Origin: a virus
Taxonomy: Duplodnaviria; Caudoviricetes
Virus record (IMG/VR): IMGVR_UViG_3300014913_000014
Span: 1-59,724 of that record
Direction: 5' to 3' (one strand)
Length of the DNA: 59,724 nt
Shown piece after piece: positions 28,504 through 38,287 of this stretch (its first letter is position 1; every line of letters begins with the position of its first letter). A program made the translations under genes and the position numbers. A model generated the notes under the pieces. The model saw only the letters and a program-made list of their open reading frames with translations, searched no databases and was not told the DNA's origin.

Positions 28504-30051
28504 TTATCCTCTCACCCATCTAGCCGCCGCAAGTGTGGGCCGTTTTTGTGTAAATAATCTTCCATCAACTAACAAGAAATATGTAATCATTGCACATAAT
28601 AATGCTGCTGTAAAGTGATCAGCGCCCCTTTTACCGCCTTTTTGAGTTAAAGTTCTATATACAACTTCCCCAGTTGGCGTTTTTGTATATGTCATCCTTT
28701 CCATTTCTGTAATCATTTCTAAGTCAGTAGATGAGTAAATAATTTTATGAGAATTACTATATTCTTGCAACAAACTTACACTATATGGTTTTGTTTTAGT
28801 TTTTATTTCTTCTCCGTCTGGAGTGTGCCCTAAACTTAACCATGCCCCAAATTTCACTGGAAAAAGTCGTTTGTCGTACTTCTTGTGCACATAATTATCA
28901 TCATGTAGCAAATGCTGTACAAGTCCCTGCTCATTTCCAGCATCTATTCCTATAACTTCTGGGCGTCCAAATTTGTCGTCTAGATAATCAATTATTTTTT
29001 CTTGTAGCGGATATTCCACTTTGGTAAGCTGTATTCTACAGTGGAATTTTATTTTATCATTCTTTTCATATAAAAGTACAATTGCTGTTGGTTCTGTATA
29101 TCCGAGGTCAACACCCATTATTGCTAAGTCGTGTTCTGGAAGCGGCGGTATCAATGCTAGCTTATTTATAATGTCTGAATAGCCATCCTCGATTCCATTT
29201 ACTTTGACTTTATAAATGCTGTAAGTTTGAATGTCTAGTAATCTTCTATCAAATACAGCGAAGGTTGGCGAACCGTGTCGTCCCAAAACCAAATGAGTAT
29301 AGTCTTCACTATCTTTTCCACCATATTGCTTTATATTTCGTTGTTCATCCTCTTCTGTATATCGTGGATTATCATGAGCAGAAGTTCTATGATGACTGAA
29401 CTTATCATCGACCTCATCTGCATAGTAAAGAACATTATTTTCTCTAAGTCCTGTTGGAACTCCAGATACGAATAGTTTATGTCCTTCCTGCCATGAGTTT
29501 AATACGGGCTGAAGCTCTACCCATGTACCCCAGGGATAATAACCTGCCTCATCCAAAATAATAACTGGTGTGTGAAGGCCCACAACATTGGCTCCGGTAC
29601 CACTCTGTCCTGCAATACGACAAATCAATTCTGCAGAATTCAACAGGCGTATAGTATTATTAGAGGCGTTGATGCCCTTTTTTGGCTCAATAAAGTGCTT
29701 CAATAGCTCGTTGTTTCTGAACACTTTTGTCAGATTAAAGAATACTGGCTCTAGATGTGCTTTACTTGGAACAGTGTATACAATATATTCCTGTGGAAAT
29801 AAATTATTAATCAGAATCCATACGATATAATCCGTAAGCGATACCGTCTTGCCTACTGCACGCCCGCAACATAAAGATACATAATGCGAAAAATCGGCTA
29901 GATATTCTTTTTGATATTTTGAATATATCCATTTTTCATCTGACCAACTTGGTATGTCAAGACTCCGATAAAATTCACCACATAATACTGGGTGTCTTAA
30001 TATTTCATAAAGTATCAGGTCCTCTCTTTTTACTTTTTCAGTTATCGCCAT
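28504..30051 (-). CDS. terL: Terminase large subunit
   Basis: Walker A CGRAVGKT, Walker B IILDEAG, coupling motif GVPTG, nuclease MGVDLG...DH. Confidence 0.9.
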   Translation of the reverse strand: MAITEKVKREDLILYEILRHPVLCGEFYRSLDIPSWSDEKWIYSKYQKEYLADFSHYVSLCCGRAVGKTVSLTDYIVWILINNLFPQEYIVYTVPSKAHLEPVFFNLTKVFRNNELLKHFIEPKKGINASNNTIRLLNSAELICRIAGQSGTGANVVGLHTPVIILDEAGYYPWGTWVELQPVLNSWQEGHKLFVSGVPTGLRENNVLYYADEVDDKFSHHRTSAHDNPRYTEEDEQRNIKQYGGKDSEDYTHLVLGRHGSPTFAVFDRRLLDIQTYSIYKVKVNGIEDGYSDIINKLALIPPLPEHDLAIMGVDLGYTEPTAIVLLYEKNDKIKFHCRIQLTKVEYPLQEKIIDYLDDKFGRPEVIGIDAGNEQGLVQHLLHDDNYVHKKYDKRLFPVKFGAWLSLGHTPDGEEIKTKTKPYSVSLLQEYSNSHKIIYSSTDLEMITEMERMTYTKTPTGEVVYRTLTQKGGKRGADHFTAALLCAMITYFLLVDGRLFTQKRPTLAAARWVRG

Positions 30052-30956
30052 TATCGTTTAGACATCCACCATCTAATTATAGTTTCTTCATTGTTTCTAT
30101 CTTGAATATTTATTGTGGGTTGATTATCTACACCCGCAAAATGATAAATCTGTCCGTTGAATGGGACATCCCATTTTTCATGTCCAAAGTCGCCGCCCCA
30201 TTTTGTGTGATAGAAGTTTCTATTCATTTCAAAATATCTACTAGTTGAACCGCCGCTTCCTTGATGAATTGTTCTGCTCCAGAAGTGAAAATAAACTGCG
30301 TTCGTTACTCTACAAGATTTTAGATTAGCATGTATTGCCCGTCGAACATAATCATTATCTTCATAATAAGCTGGATAAAAATTTACATCAATGTAACCAA
30401 TTTTTTCCATGACTTCTTTTTTGAAAAGTGCTAGATTATGTACATCACTCAATCCGGCTCCATTTGTAACTATTTCAGAAGTTCTAAATTTATCTCCAAC
30501 TCTCCAAGGTTCAGCCTCACCAAAATCCACAAATTGATAGCTACTTCCATGAAAGTATTTTCGAGCTTCAGGAAAGTCTCTGCATAAAGATTTTACATCA
30601 TATTCTTGAGCACATACCCACGCATTATCTGTAACATTTGCGACCTTTATCAAAGAATCAATTGCATAAGGATATGGAATTACATCATTTCCCATTACGA
30701 TTAGATTATCATAATCGTGCTCTTTCCAAGCATAATCATAAATGTCATTCAATGATTTTGGAAAGCCCCAATTCAAATTATGAACAATAAATGGAATTCC
30801 CTCTGACTGTAAGTACATTACCGTTCCTGTATCATATGGCTTACCAACAACTAGAAACATATCATATGGTTCAGTAACAGTTCGCCTAATTCCATCTACT
30901 GCCAATTTTGTAAATTCCAGGTTTCCAAACGTAACCATTCCTATAAGCGTTTTCAT
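30051..30956 (-). CDS. Glycosyltransferase family 2 (GT-A)
   Basis: NWGFPKSLN, VMGNDVI, IGYIDVNFYPAYYEDNDYVRR and FHFWSRT. Confidence 0.85.
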   Translation of the reverse strand: MKTLIGMVTFGNLEFTKLAVDGIRRTVTEPYDMFLVVGKPYDTGTVMYLQSEGIPFIVHNLNWGFPKSLNDIYDYAWKEHDYDNLIVMGNDVIPYPYAIDSLIKVANVTDNAWVCAQEYDVKSLCRDFPEARKYFHGSSYQFVDFGEAEPWRVGDKFRTSEIVTNGAGLSDVHNLALFKKEVMEKIGYIDVNFYPAYYEDNDYVRRAIHANLKSCRVTNAVYFHFWSRTIHQGSGGSTSRYFEMNRNFYHTKWGGDFGHEKWDVPFNGQIYHFAGVDNQPTINIQDRNNEETIIRWWMSKR

Positions 30957-31855
30957 CTGTTGAGTGCCTCCTTGACTGTAAATACCACTGCTTCGACATC
31001 TGTCAGATTTGTCCAAAATTTTCTAGCGGGTGTCCCGTGTTCGTGGATAAAGAAACTACCAGGCAGACTATACGAAAAGGCCACAAAAGCTTTTTCTTTA
31101 TCAAAGTGATTATCAAATGTCAAACAAAATGTGTATGGTGCTGAACTTCTTCCAACAATTGTATCGCAAAATCTACTTAGCAACGAAATTTCATTTAGAT
31201 CAGTTCCAGTGGCTGTATGAATAATGTCATTAGTAAAAAACACATTATCTTTGCAAATTGGCGCTCGATGCGTAAGTACAAAAGCCACATCCTCATAACC
31301 ATAGGCCAGTAATTTTATTGCCGGCGTCATATCAAAGTTTTCTGCTTGATTTGATTGTACATTCCCGTTAGAAATTAGAACAATTCTTCCAGGCCATATA
31401 TTATCTTTGAAGTTATAAATTCTTTCTACATGTTTAGGGTGAAATTCTTTTATCTTGTCGAAATCGATTCTAGGCAGATATTCTGGAATAGGTTTCTCAA
31501 GCTTTATATTTAGCCCAAAACTAATATTAAGATTATCCAATATTTCAGTATACATCAGATGATAGTTTTCTAAAGTACAACCAACTCCTGGTAACACATG
31601 TCTAGGATTCAATCCAATCCAGGTATTGATATATAAATCATTGCCGTATACTTTGGTTCTCCAACGACCCTCCATTCGTGGTGTGATCTTGGAATAATGT
31701 AATCCATCAATATCTTCTAGTAAACGCGGATGTTTTCCATGTGCAAACCAAAATTTATTTGCCGGAATTTTCTCCATAAGCTCTTTTACAAAAGCCCTGT
31801 TATTGAACACGTCTCCATTACCAAACCAATTGAAAAATACTACATTATCGAACAT
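30953..31855 (-). CDS. Putative glycosyltransferase (GT-B-like)
   Basis: GNGDVF N-terminus and CDTIVGRSSAP C-terminal motif; cluster context. Confidence 0.55.
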   Translation of the reverse strand: MFDNVVFFNWFGNGDVFNNRAFVKELMEKIPANKFWFAHGKHPRLLEDIDGLHYSKITPRMEGRWRTKVYGNDLYINTWIGLNPRHVLPGVGCTLENYHLMYTEILDNLNISFGLNIKLEKPIPEYLPRIDFDKIKEFHPKHVERIYNFKDNIWPGRIVLISNGNVQSNQAENFDMTPAIKLLAYGYEDVAFVLTHRAPICKDNVFFTNDIIHTATGTDLNEISLLSRFCDTIVGRSSAPYTFCLTFDNHFDKEKAFVAFSYSLPGSFFIHEHGTPARKFWTNLTDVEAVVFTVKEALNR

Positions 31856-32939
31856 AGTCCTTTACCGCCTTTATAATATGGTTTTGTTCTTCCTCTGTTA
31901 ATCCTGGAAATGAGGGTAGAACAACGACCTCCTTTGCTAATAATTCTGCCACTTGTATTTTGCCTCCAAATCTTTTCAGATGTCCGTGATAATTCATTGG
32001 ATAAAACATTGGTCTGGTTTCTATGCCCCTTTCACTGAAAAATTTGTTGGCCGTTTCATAGGAATCCTGCCCAAGAACTCGAATTCCATACATCCAGTGT
32101 GATGGGATAGTGTCATTATCTTTTTTCTGAAGAACAAGCCCATTTATTTCAGAAAATGCTTCATAATAGCGGTCCCAGATTACAGCTTTTTGCAGCATTA
32201 TTTCTGTCCAATTATCTAGCTGTCCAAGAAGAATGGCCGCTTCGACATTTGTCATACGATAATTATGACCAATATCATCGTGAATAAATTTTTTATGGTT
32301 GCCAATAGAAACTCCTTGTCCCCAATATCTATAGGCAATCTCATACAATTCTTTATCATATGTAACAAATGCACCGCCTTCCCCACTAGTAACATTCTTA
32401 TTTCCGAAAAAAGACACCGTAAAAATATCAGATGCAGTTCCAGATTCTAGGTTCTGGTATGATCCTCCGAAACCTTCGCAATTATCTTCCACGACAATTG
32501 CTTTTGGATATTTCTCACGAAATGCTGGAACATTTACAATGTTTCCAAGATTATGCACAATCAAAACAATTGAGCTCCAGTGTTCCGGAAATATAATATT
32601 GTTAAGGTCCATATTCCATGTATCTATATTAGCATCAAAGAACTCTATTCTAAAAGTATCATCAAATAGAAATGGATTCCATGCCGCTACATATACATTA
32701 TTTGGAGCAAAAATTGTTCTTCTATCTACATACTTGGCCTCTAATGCAATTCGCATTAGATGGTTAGCGGCAGTACCGCTATTTGTAAGAATTATATATT
32801 TTGTTCTCCAAAACTCTTCTAATCTATCCTTCAACTCTTCCAAGTAGGGACCTTTTGATGACACCCATGAAGATTCTAGAGCATCATGTGCATAATCTAA
32901 GGACCCCTTTGGAAAATATGGTTTGTAAACTGGTATCAT
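31845..32939 (-). CDS. DegT/DnrJ/EryC1/StrS PLP aminotransferase (perosamine-synthase-like)
   Basis: NSGTAA, VEDNCE, SFFGNKNVTSGEGGA, NYRMTN, GIETRPMFYP and LPS. Confidence 0.92.
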   Translation of the reverse strand: MIPVYKPYFPKGSLDYAHDALESSWVSSKGPYLEELKDRLEEFWRTKYIILTNSGTAANHLMRIALEAKYVDRRTIFAPNNVYVAAWNPFLFDDTFRIEFFDANIDTWNMDLNNIIFPEHWSSIVLIVHNLGNIVNVPAFREKYPKAIVVEDNCEGFGGSYQNLESGTASDIFTVSFFGNKNVTSGEGGAFVTYDKELYEIAYRYWGQGVSIGNHKKFIHDDIGHNYRMTNVEAAILLGQLDNWTEIMLQKAVIWDRYYEAFSEINGLVLQKKDNDTIPSHWMYGIRVLGQDSYETANKFFSERGIETRPMFYPMNYHGHLKRFGGKIQVAELLAKEVVVLPSFPGLTEEEQNHIIKAVKDYVR

Positions 32940-32943
32940 CGCC

Positions 32944-33564
32944 TCACCTTATTCTAAACTTTTTATAGCATCTAGCTTCCTCTGGAATTTCTAGATAATC
33001 AAAAAGTCTATCTAAACCTTTCCTTATATTTAATTCTTCAATATTCATAAGATAAACATTTTCTAATTCGGCAGCCCGCTTCATATAATAATCCCAATAT
33101 TTTCTATAGGAGTCAATTACACTATTTGCATCAATTGCTGGGAATATTGAGCCGCTTCCAGCCAAAGGATGAAGTCCTGGCCAATATCTTATCATTCTTG
33201 TGCTATGCCAGTTTGCTAATTTCTTTGACTGCGGCAAAATTCTAGAAATATTTTGATGCGCTTTTATAAATGATTTTGCAACTTGCTCTTTATTTCTCCA
33301 TATATGTACCACTTTCAAATTTGGTATTTTTTTACGTAATGGTACAATCTTTGGTAAATTATTTAGTGAAATATCTCCAAGTGCAATAAGATTATATTTT
33401 TCATGGGCGGTGAACCAATTCAAAAGTTCTTTTATGTCCACTGATTCCCAGGGCGTTAGAAATGCTTCGTGTGTTGCTTTACAATTTTGACAGCTATTTA
33501 TGACAGCCATTAGACTTTTAGTTCCACAGCGCCCGGTTCCAATTCCTAAGAACTTTGTTGTCAT
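32944..33564 (-). CDS. Sulfotransferase-family protein
   Basis: PAPS-binding-loop-like GTGRCGTKSL, HE motif and KVVHIWRN. Confidence 0.7.
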   Translation of the reverse strand: MTTKFLGIGTGRCGTKSLMAVINSCQNCKATHEAFLTPWESVDIKELLNWFTAHEKYNLIALGDISLNNLPKIVPLRKKIPNLKVVHIWRNKEQVAKSFIKAHQNISRILPQSKKLANWHSTRMIRYWPGLHPLAGSGSIFPAIDANSVIDSYRKYWDYYMKRAAELENVYLMNIEELNIRKGLDRLFDYLEIPEEARCYKKFRIR

Positions 33565-34247
33565 AATTCTTCCAACTTATCCGTGGCCCCCCACCATGAA
33601 TCTTTCTGTATATGAGAAAAGAACGCATTATTAAAGCTTACAAAATTATAAGTATATCCAAGATTCTCTAGAGCTATTCTTATATTATCTAGACCTGATA
33701 CTGTATATTCTACACAGATCACATCTGGTAATACAACTGAGCCCGCCATTCCTTCAATAACTTGTAGTTCATGTCCTTCAACATCCAAAGAAAGATATGT
33801 TACATATGGAATGTGGCCCAGATAATACAAATCATCAAATAAATCTCTATATCTCCAAATCTCTACCTCGATATCTTCATAAGTACAACCATAGCCATCT
33901 AAAATCTTCTTGTGTTTTGGATGATGAGAGAAAGAACCATTGCCCCCTCCTCCACCAGGCGCCCTGATTATATCTGTAAATATAGCAGTGCCACTTCTAT
34001 TGGATAGACCGCAATGCAAATTTAATGATTTTTTACTAGTCCTGGATTCATTTAGATTCTTAAACATTCTTGGTGATGCCTCTAAATTTAGCCCTTTCCA
34101 GCCTAACGTTTCTTCGAAAAAGCGACATGCCGACCCATAATTACCCGCCCCACATTCTATGAAAAATCCATCCTCAGGCCCATTCTGAAAATAATTTCTG
34201 TATGCTACTTCATCTTCTGGTGGATTCCACTGCCCATAAAATTTCAT
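33561..34247 (-). CDS. FkbM-family methyltransferase
   Basis: GFFIECGA, GWKGLNLEA and LSLDVEGHELQVIEG. Confidence 0.85.
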   Translation of the reverse strand: MKFYGQWNPPEDEVAYRNYFQNGPEDGFFIECGAGNYGSACRFFEETLGWKGLNLEASPRMFKNLNESRTSKKSLNLHCGLSNRSGTAIFTDIIRAPGGGGGNGSFSHHPKHKKILDGYGCTYEDIEVEIWRYRDLFDDLYYLGHIPYVTYLSLDVEGHELQVIEGMAGSVVLPDVICVEYTVSGLDNIRIALENLGYTYNFVSFNNAFFSHIQKDSWWGATDKLEEL

Positions 34248-34810
34248 TGCGGCCTCGCTACAATAATATCTTGTTCATCGTTTTTAGAATCCTGGTATTC
34301 TATGATATAATTTGGATTTATTTCCAGAAGTTTATTTACCACGGCTGATTCTTTTATTTCTTTCCACTTTGGGGACATCCAGCCACCAGTTAATTTTCTG
34401 GCCGCCATCATTCTTCTGTCATCAACTAGAATAGTATGTGTTTTGATCGGATGTCTTTTAATTATATCAAGCTCTAGCATAAGTGGAACTTGATCTATAT
34501 AGCCCTCAAAATCCATATTTTCTTCTACAATGTGACTGTCCAGCCAGAATGTAATGGGCTCATGAATGTCCTTTATTACATTCCAGAGAACTAGTGCTGA
34601 ATCTCCCAAAATTAATTTTACATTTGGTTTCTCTTCATATATCTTAAGTGCTATCTTATATAGCTCTGGGTCTATTTCAATACTGATAATGTGTTCAAAC
34701 CCGACATCCAAGGCTACTTGTATTCCGCCACCTTTATAGGTCCCAGTTTCTACGAAATACTTATTATATGCATAGAATGCTAGTCCATCTTCTGTTAAAC
34801 TTAATGACAT
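34244..34810 (-). CDS. Class I SAM-dependent methyltransferase
   Basis: FVETGTYKG, IISIEID, GDS, FWLDSH and ILVDD. Confidence 0.75.
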   Translation of the reverse strand: MSLSLTEDGLAFYAYNKYFVETGTYKGGGIQVALDVGFEHIISIEIDPELYKIALKIYEEKPNVKLILGDSALVLWNVIKDIHEPITFWLDSHIVEENMDFEGYIDQVPLMLELDIIKRHPIKTHTILVDDRRMMAARKLTGGWMSPKWKEIKESAVVNKLLEINPNYIIEYQDSKNDEQDIIVARPQ

Positions 34811-34819
34811 CCGTATCCT

Positions 34820-35104
34820 CTAATATGTTTTGTGTTTACGTTGAACAACTCTACCATCATCTTCAGCATCCGTCAGTTTCAATAGTAACTCATCTATCTC
34901 GTCAATTAAAGCATTCCTTTGAAGATTTAGATCGATTCCTTTTTGGAACTGTTTCCATAATTTACGCATTCCATCCTTGCCTGAATATGTCTCAAAAAAT
35001 TCTTCAAAAGTCATGCCCCGTATTTTGTAGAAATCCTCTTGGGCATACCACATTTTCATATCTACAGTAATAAGTTTGTCAATTAACCCTCCAAGCGTGT
35101 CCAT
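34820..35104 (-). CDS. DUF4254/DUF6165-like helical protein
   Basis: TLGGLIDKLITVDMK...LNLQRNALIDEID; the family is often found near GT genes. Confidence 0.55.
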   Translation of the reverse strand: MDTLGGLIDKLITVDMKMWYAQEDFYKIRGMTFEEFFETYSGKDGMRKLWKQFQKGIDLNLQRNALIDEIDELLLKLTDAEDDGRVVQRKHKTY

Positions 35105-35397
35105 ACGTCCTCCCAATCTTTGAACTCGATTGCTCTATCATCTATCCATACATCACCAACCGGTTTACCCATAATTAACTGATGAAATAGAATACCATTC
35201 TTTACGAGCCAATCCTTTGTCATCTCATACTCAGCCCAACCGCGTCCCGTATAAATAAGTATTTTATAGCCTCTTGAATATAATAGATTTATAATCTCTC
35301 TACTACCGGCTATGGGCTTGGCTAATGCTCTTTCAAATGTTGGACGTTCTTCACAGATTACACCATCTAGATCAAATACTAAAGTAGTGGTCTTCAT
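35083..35397 (-). CDS. HAD-superfamily phosphatase (capsule-biosynthesis-like)
   Basis: FDLDGVI, YTGR, MGKP and WIDDRA. Confidence 0.85.
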   Translation of the reverse strand: MKTTTLVFDLDGVICEERPTFERALAKPIAGSREIINLLYSRGYKILIYTGRGWAEYEMTKDWLVKNGILFHQLIMGKPVGDVWIDDRAIEFKDWEDVWTRLEG

Positions 35398-36274
35398 AAC
35401 TCCGCTCCATCAACAAACCCTCTTGCCATTTTCCAGCTTCATATTTGAATTCTTTTCCAAAATAATCTCTTTCTATCAAAGAAATTACATCAAGTCCTGC
35501 TTTCATACTTAATGTAAAACCGCCGCCAAATCGTGCATTTGCCTCAATGAAAAACACCTTTCTAGTATTATCTTCAATAATAAACTGTATGTTGCAAGGA
35601 CCAACTATTTGTAGCCGCTCTCCAATAGTCTTTGCCCAAGTAATCAATTCTTCATTTCTTACCGTCAAGCTCGTAATTACTTCCCCGCTACCAACTCTGA
35701 TTCTCTCTCTGGGTACAGAGTCAACCCAATTCCCGTGTTTGTCGAAATATGAATCAACTGAATACTCCTTTCCGATAATTTTCTTCTGAACAACATAATC
35801 TTCAACGTCATCTCTCTCAAGAAACTCGCTTACATCGTATTTGTTGTTCATTACGATTAGATTTCTAGAGCCGAAACCATAACGAGGCTTGGCAATAAGC
35901 GGCGGCATAATATCAAGCTCTGGATATAGATTGGGAAAATTTTTTACCATGAAAGATTCCAGAGCCAGCTTATCAAAGCAAAGTTCCGCCGTTTTCACAC
36001 TAGAGCATAATGTTCTCTTTCTAGGTAACAGGGCACATACTCTTACTCCCGCATCCATTAATGGAATCACTAATTTAATTTTGTGTGTCTCCATTTCAGC
36101 CATTATATCCCAAAGAATATTCTCATGCTGCCACGGCAGACCCTTTATAACTTTTGCCACTGAACTGATTGGTACATTTTTATCTAGTTCATATGAGAAG
36201 ATATTGTGCCCCCGTTCAATAAACCTTCTGGCAAGAAGAACGCGTCTTCCGCCACCTAAGAATAGTATATTCAT
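35372..36274 (-). CDS. ATP-grasp domain ligase
   Basis: AKPRYGFGSR, VVQKKIIGKEYSVD and FIEANARFGGG. Confidence 0.85.
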   Translation of the reverse strand: MNILFLGGGRRVLLARRFIERGHNIFSYELDKNVPISSVAKVIKGLPWQHENILWDIMAEMETHKIKLVIPLMDAGVRVCALLPRKRTLCSSVKTAELCFDKLALESFMVKNFPNLYPELDIMPPLIAKPRYGFGSRNLIVMNNKYDVSEFLERDDVEDYVVQKKIIGKEYSVDSYFDKHGNWVDSVPRERIRVGSGEVITSLTVRNEELITWAKTIGERLQIVGPCNIQFIIEDNTRKVFFIEANARFGGGFTLSMKAGLDVISLIERDYFGKEFKYEAGKWQEGLLMERSYEDHYFSI

Positions 36275-36283
36275 TTCCTCTCC

Positions 36284-36571
36284 TTATTCAAACAAGGCAT
36301 AAATTGTTTGTGTTGCTGTTTCTCCATGCCCTGTCCATCCTCCGAGGGTCATATAGGCTTGAAACTTCCATGTTCCCGCTTCATCAAGATCATCTGCTTG
36401 AGTTTGATACTGAAGATATCTATTATCAACAACTGTAGCAGTCCAATAACCGGTCGTTCCGCTGGGTTTTTGATATTTTATCTGAGTATTTGTAGCGCCT
36501 GCAATATTGCTTACACAATCAACCTTGATTAGCGGTAAGTCCCCAATATAAATTTTATATTCTACGCTCAT
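36284..36571 (-). CDS. BppU-like small structural protein
   Basis: YQKPSG...LQYQTQADDLDEAGTWKFQ pattern. Confidence 0.55.
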   Translation of the reverse strand: MSVEYKIYIGDLPLIKVDCVSNIAGATNTQIKYQKPSGTTGYWTATVVDNRYLQYQTQADDLDEAGTWKFQAYMTLGGWTGHGETATQTIYALFE

Positions 36572-36741
36572 TATAATTCTTCCAGTTCAAACTCAGACAC
36601 TAACTTAAGTGTCATTTTGATTTTACTAAATAAATTTAGAATCGTGCTAATACCAGAATGTAAGTCCATCTGAGTATTGATGACAGACTGTTTAATTGCT
36701 ATAGGCTGTATTGCAGATACCAATTTTAGTGTTTCTCCCAT
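36571..36741 (-). CDS. 56-aa hypothetical protein (below ORF-track cutoff)
   Basis: Fills the gap exactly, with TAATG overlaps at both ends. Confidence 0.6.
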   Translation of the reverse strand: MGETLKLVSAIQPIAIKQSVINTQMDLHSGISTILNLFSKIKMTLKLVSEFELEEL

Positions 36742-36923
36742 TATTCTATCCTCGACTGTACATCAAGAACAGTTCTAACTCTAGACACAAGATTCATTAT
36801 CTCAGCAATCGTTACTTCTATAATTTCTGAAATAATGCCTCGATAAAGTCTTCCCCAAGAACTTATTGACATGGCCGATACTTTACCGGCCCTACCATGT
36901 GCTGCAATACTCATTCCACTCAT
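36741..36923 (-). CDS. Hypothetical protein
   Basis: TAATG coupling on both sides. Confidence 0.6.
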   Translation of the reverse strand: MSGMSIAAHGRAGKVSAMSISSWGRLYRGIISEIIEVTIAEIMNLVSRVRTVLDVQSRIE

Positions 36924-38269
36924 TAATTCTCCACCATTTGATAAGCCGTTAACTCATTATTTGCATTATAAGTTGCTGTCAAAGTCCAAGATTTCATCAC
37001 TGTTGTTAATGTATTATCTGTATAACGTGTTATTGTAGCACTTGTTAAATTATGATTAGCATCAAAGGATAAATTCGACCATTTGACATTTTCGCCCGTT
37101 AAACCGGCTATTGAAAACAACATTGCACCAAATGTTCCATATGTCTCATGATTAACCGTTGGTTCGCTCCAAACGGATGTTGCTATTGTTGGGGGGTTTA
37201 TCAAATTAGTTAGATCAACGGTTGTTCCACTACTGTTGTCTATTACTTTTCCGATACCGCGAATTACAATCGTGCCGTTTGTAATTGTTGAATCCAATTC
37301 AACCTGACCGCTGTTTAGATCAATACTAATATTTTCAGGGCCAGTTTTATTTATTAGTTTTATATCGCCGTTGTAATTTCTTATGTTGACGGCTTGACCT
37401 GAGCCCCCACAATCTAGAACGGGCATTGTCTGGCCTGGAACCCCTGACCAGCAATCTAAGATATAAGCCGGATTCCCTCCGCTTAATATGATAGTGCCTT
37501 CTCCAAGTATACATGCTTGTATATATCCATTAATATAATTTAAGTCTGTTATCAGACAGTCTTGTAAAGTAACATTTCCATCTAAATATCCTTTTATATG
37601 TGCATTATAAAATTCAGCATTAAAAACATTTGCTCCAGATGAAATTGTTAGAGTACTTTTCACCGGTGATTCGCCAATAAAAATTAATCCAGAGTAATCT
37701 CCTGCTACATCGATAAGAGCGTCTCCCATAACGTAAAATGTAGTAAAACCGCGCTCTGTTAATATTGACAAAGCATCTGCAAAATTATTTACGGGTTGTC
37801 TAGGAGTTCCGACTGGATAAGTTGTTCCACTATAGGAACTAGTTACATCTACAGTAACTCCACCATTAAAAGAACTATATTGAATGGCTGCTAATTCTTG
37901 CAATGTCGCTGAAGATGACGCCGTTAATGTAACAGTAACATAAGCTGCTGGTTCTATTGGACTTGTATATTGATCAAGAACAGTATCGTATCTAACAAGG
38001 TTTCCACCAGTAACATTACAAATAATAAAATCCGGGCCTGGCCTATCCTCGAACTTCAGCTTCCAATCAATCAATGTCACAGTTATTCCTACTAAAACCC
38101 CACCACCCAAGTCCTGTTTTCCAGAGGCATTTGCAATTTTAGCAAAACTCATTCCCAAATTATCATCTTCAAAATCACGAATGCCATTGATTAACTCTTG
38201 CATTGTAATTTCTGTGGCCGGTGCTTCAACCTCGATAATCTGATTGATCGTATCGAATACTAATCCCAT
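36923..38269 (-). CDS. Putative virion structural protein (beta-helix-like)
   Basis: Ile/Asn/Gly-rich beta repeats; strong SD GGAGG. Confidence 0.55.
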   Translation of the reverse strand: MGLVFDTINQIIEVEAPATEITMQELINGIRDFEDDNLGMSFAKIANASGKQDLGGGVLVGITVTLIDWKLKFEDRPGPDFIICNVTGGNLVRYDTVLDQYTSPIEPAAYVTVTLTASSSATLQELAAIQYSSFNGGVTVDVTSSYSGTTYPVGTPRQPVNNFADALSILTERGFTTFYVMGDALIDVAGDYSGLIFIGESPVKSTLTISSGANVFNAEFYNAHIKGYLDGNVTLQDCLITDLNYINGYIQACILGEGTIILSGGNPAYILDCWSGVPGQTMPVLDCGGSGQAVNIRNYNGDIKLINKTGPENISIDLNSGQVELDSTITNGTIVIRGIGKVIDNSSGTTVDLTNLINPPTIATSVWSEPTVNHETYGTFGAMLFSIAGLTGENVKWSNLSFDANHNLTSATITRYTDNTLTTVMKSWTLTATYNANNELTAYQMVEN

Positions 38270-38287
38270 GCCGACCTCCTCAGATTA

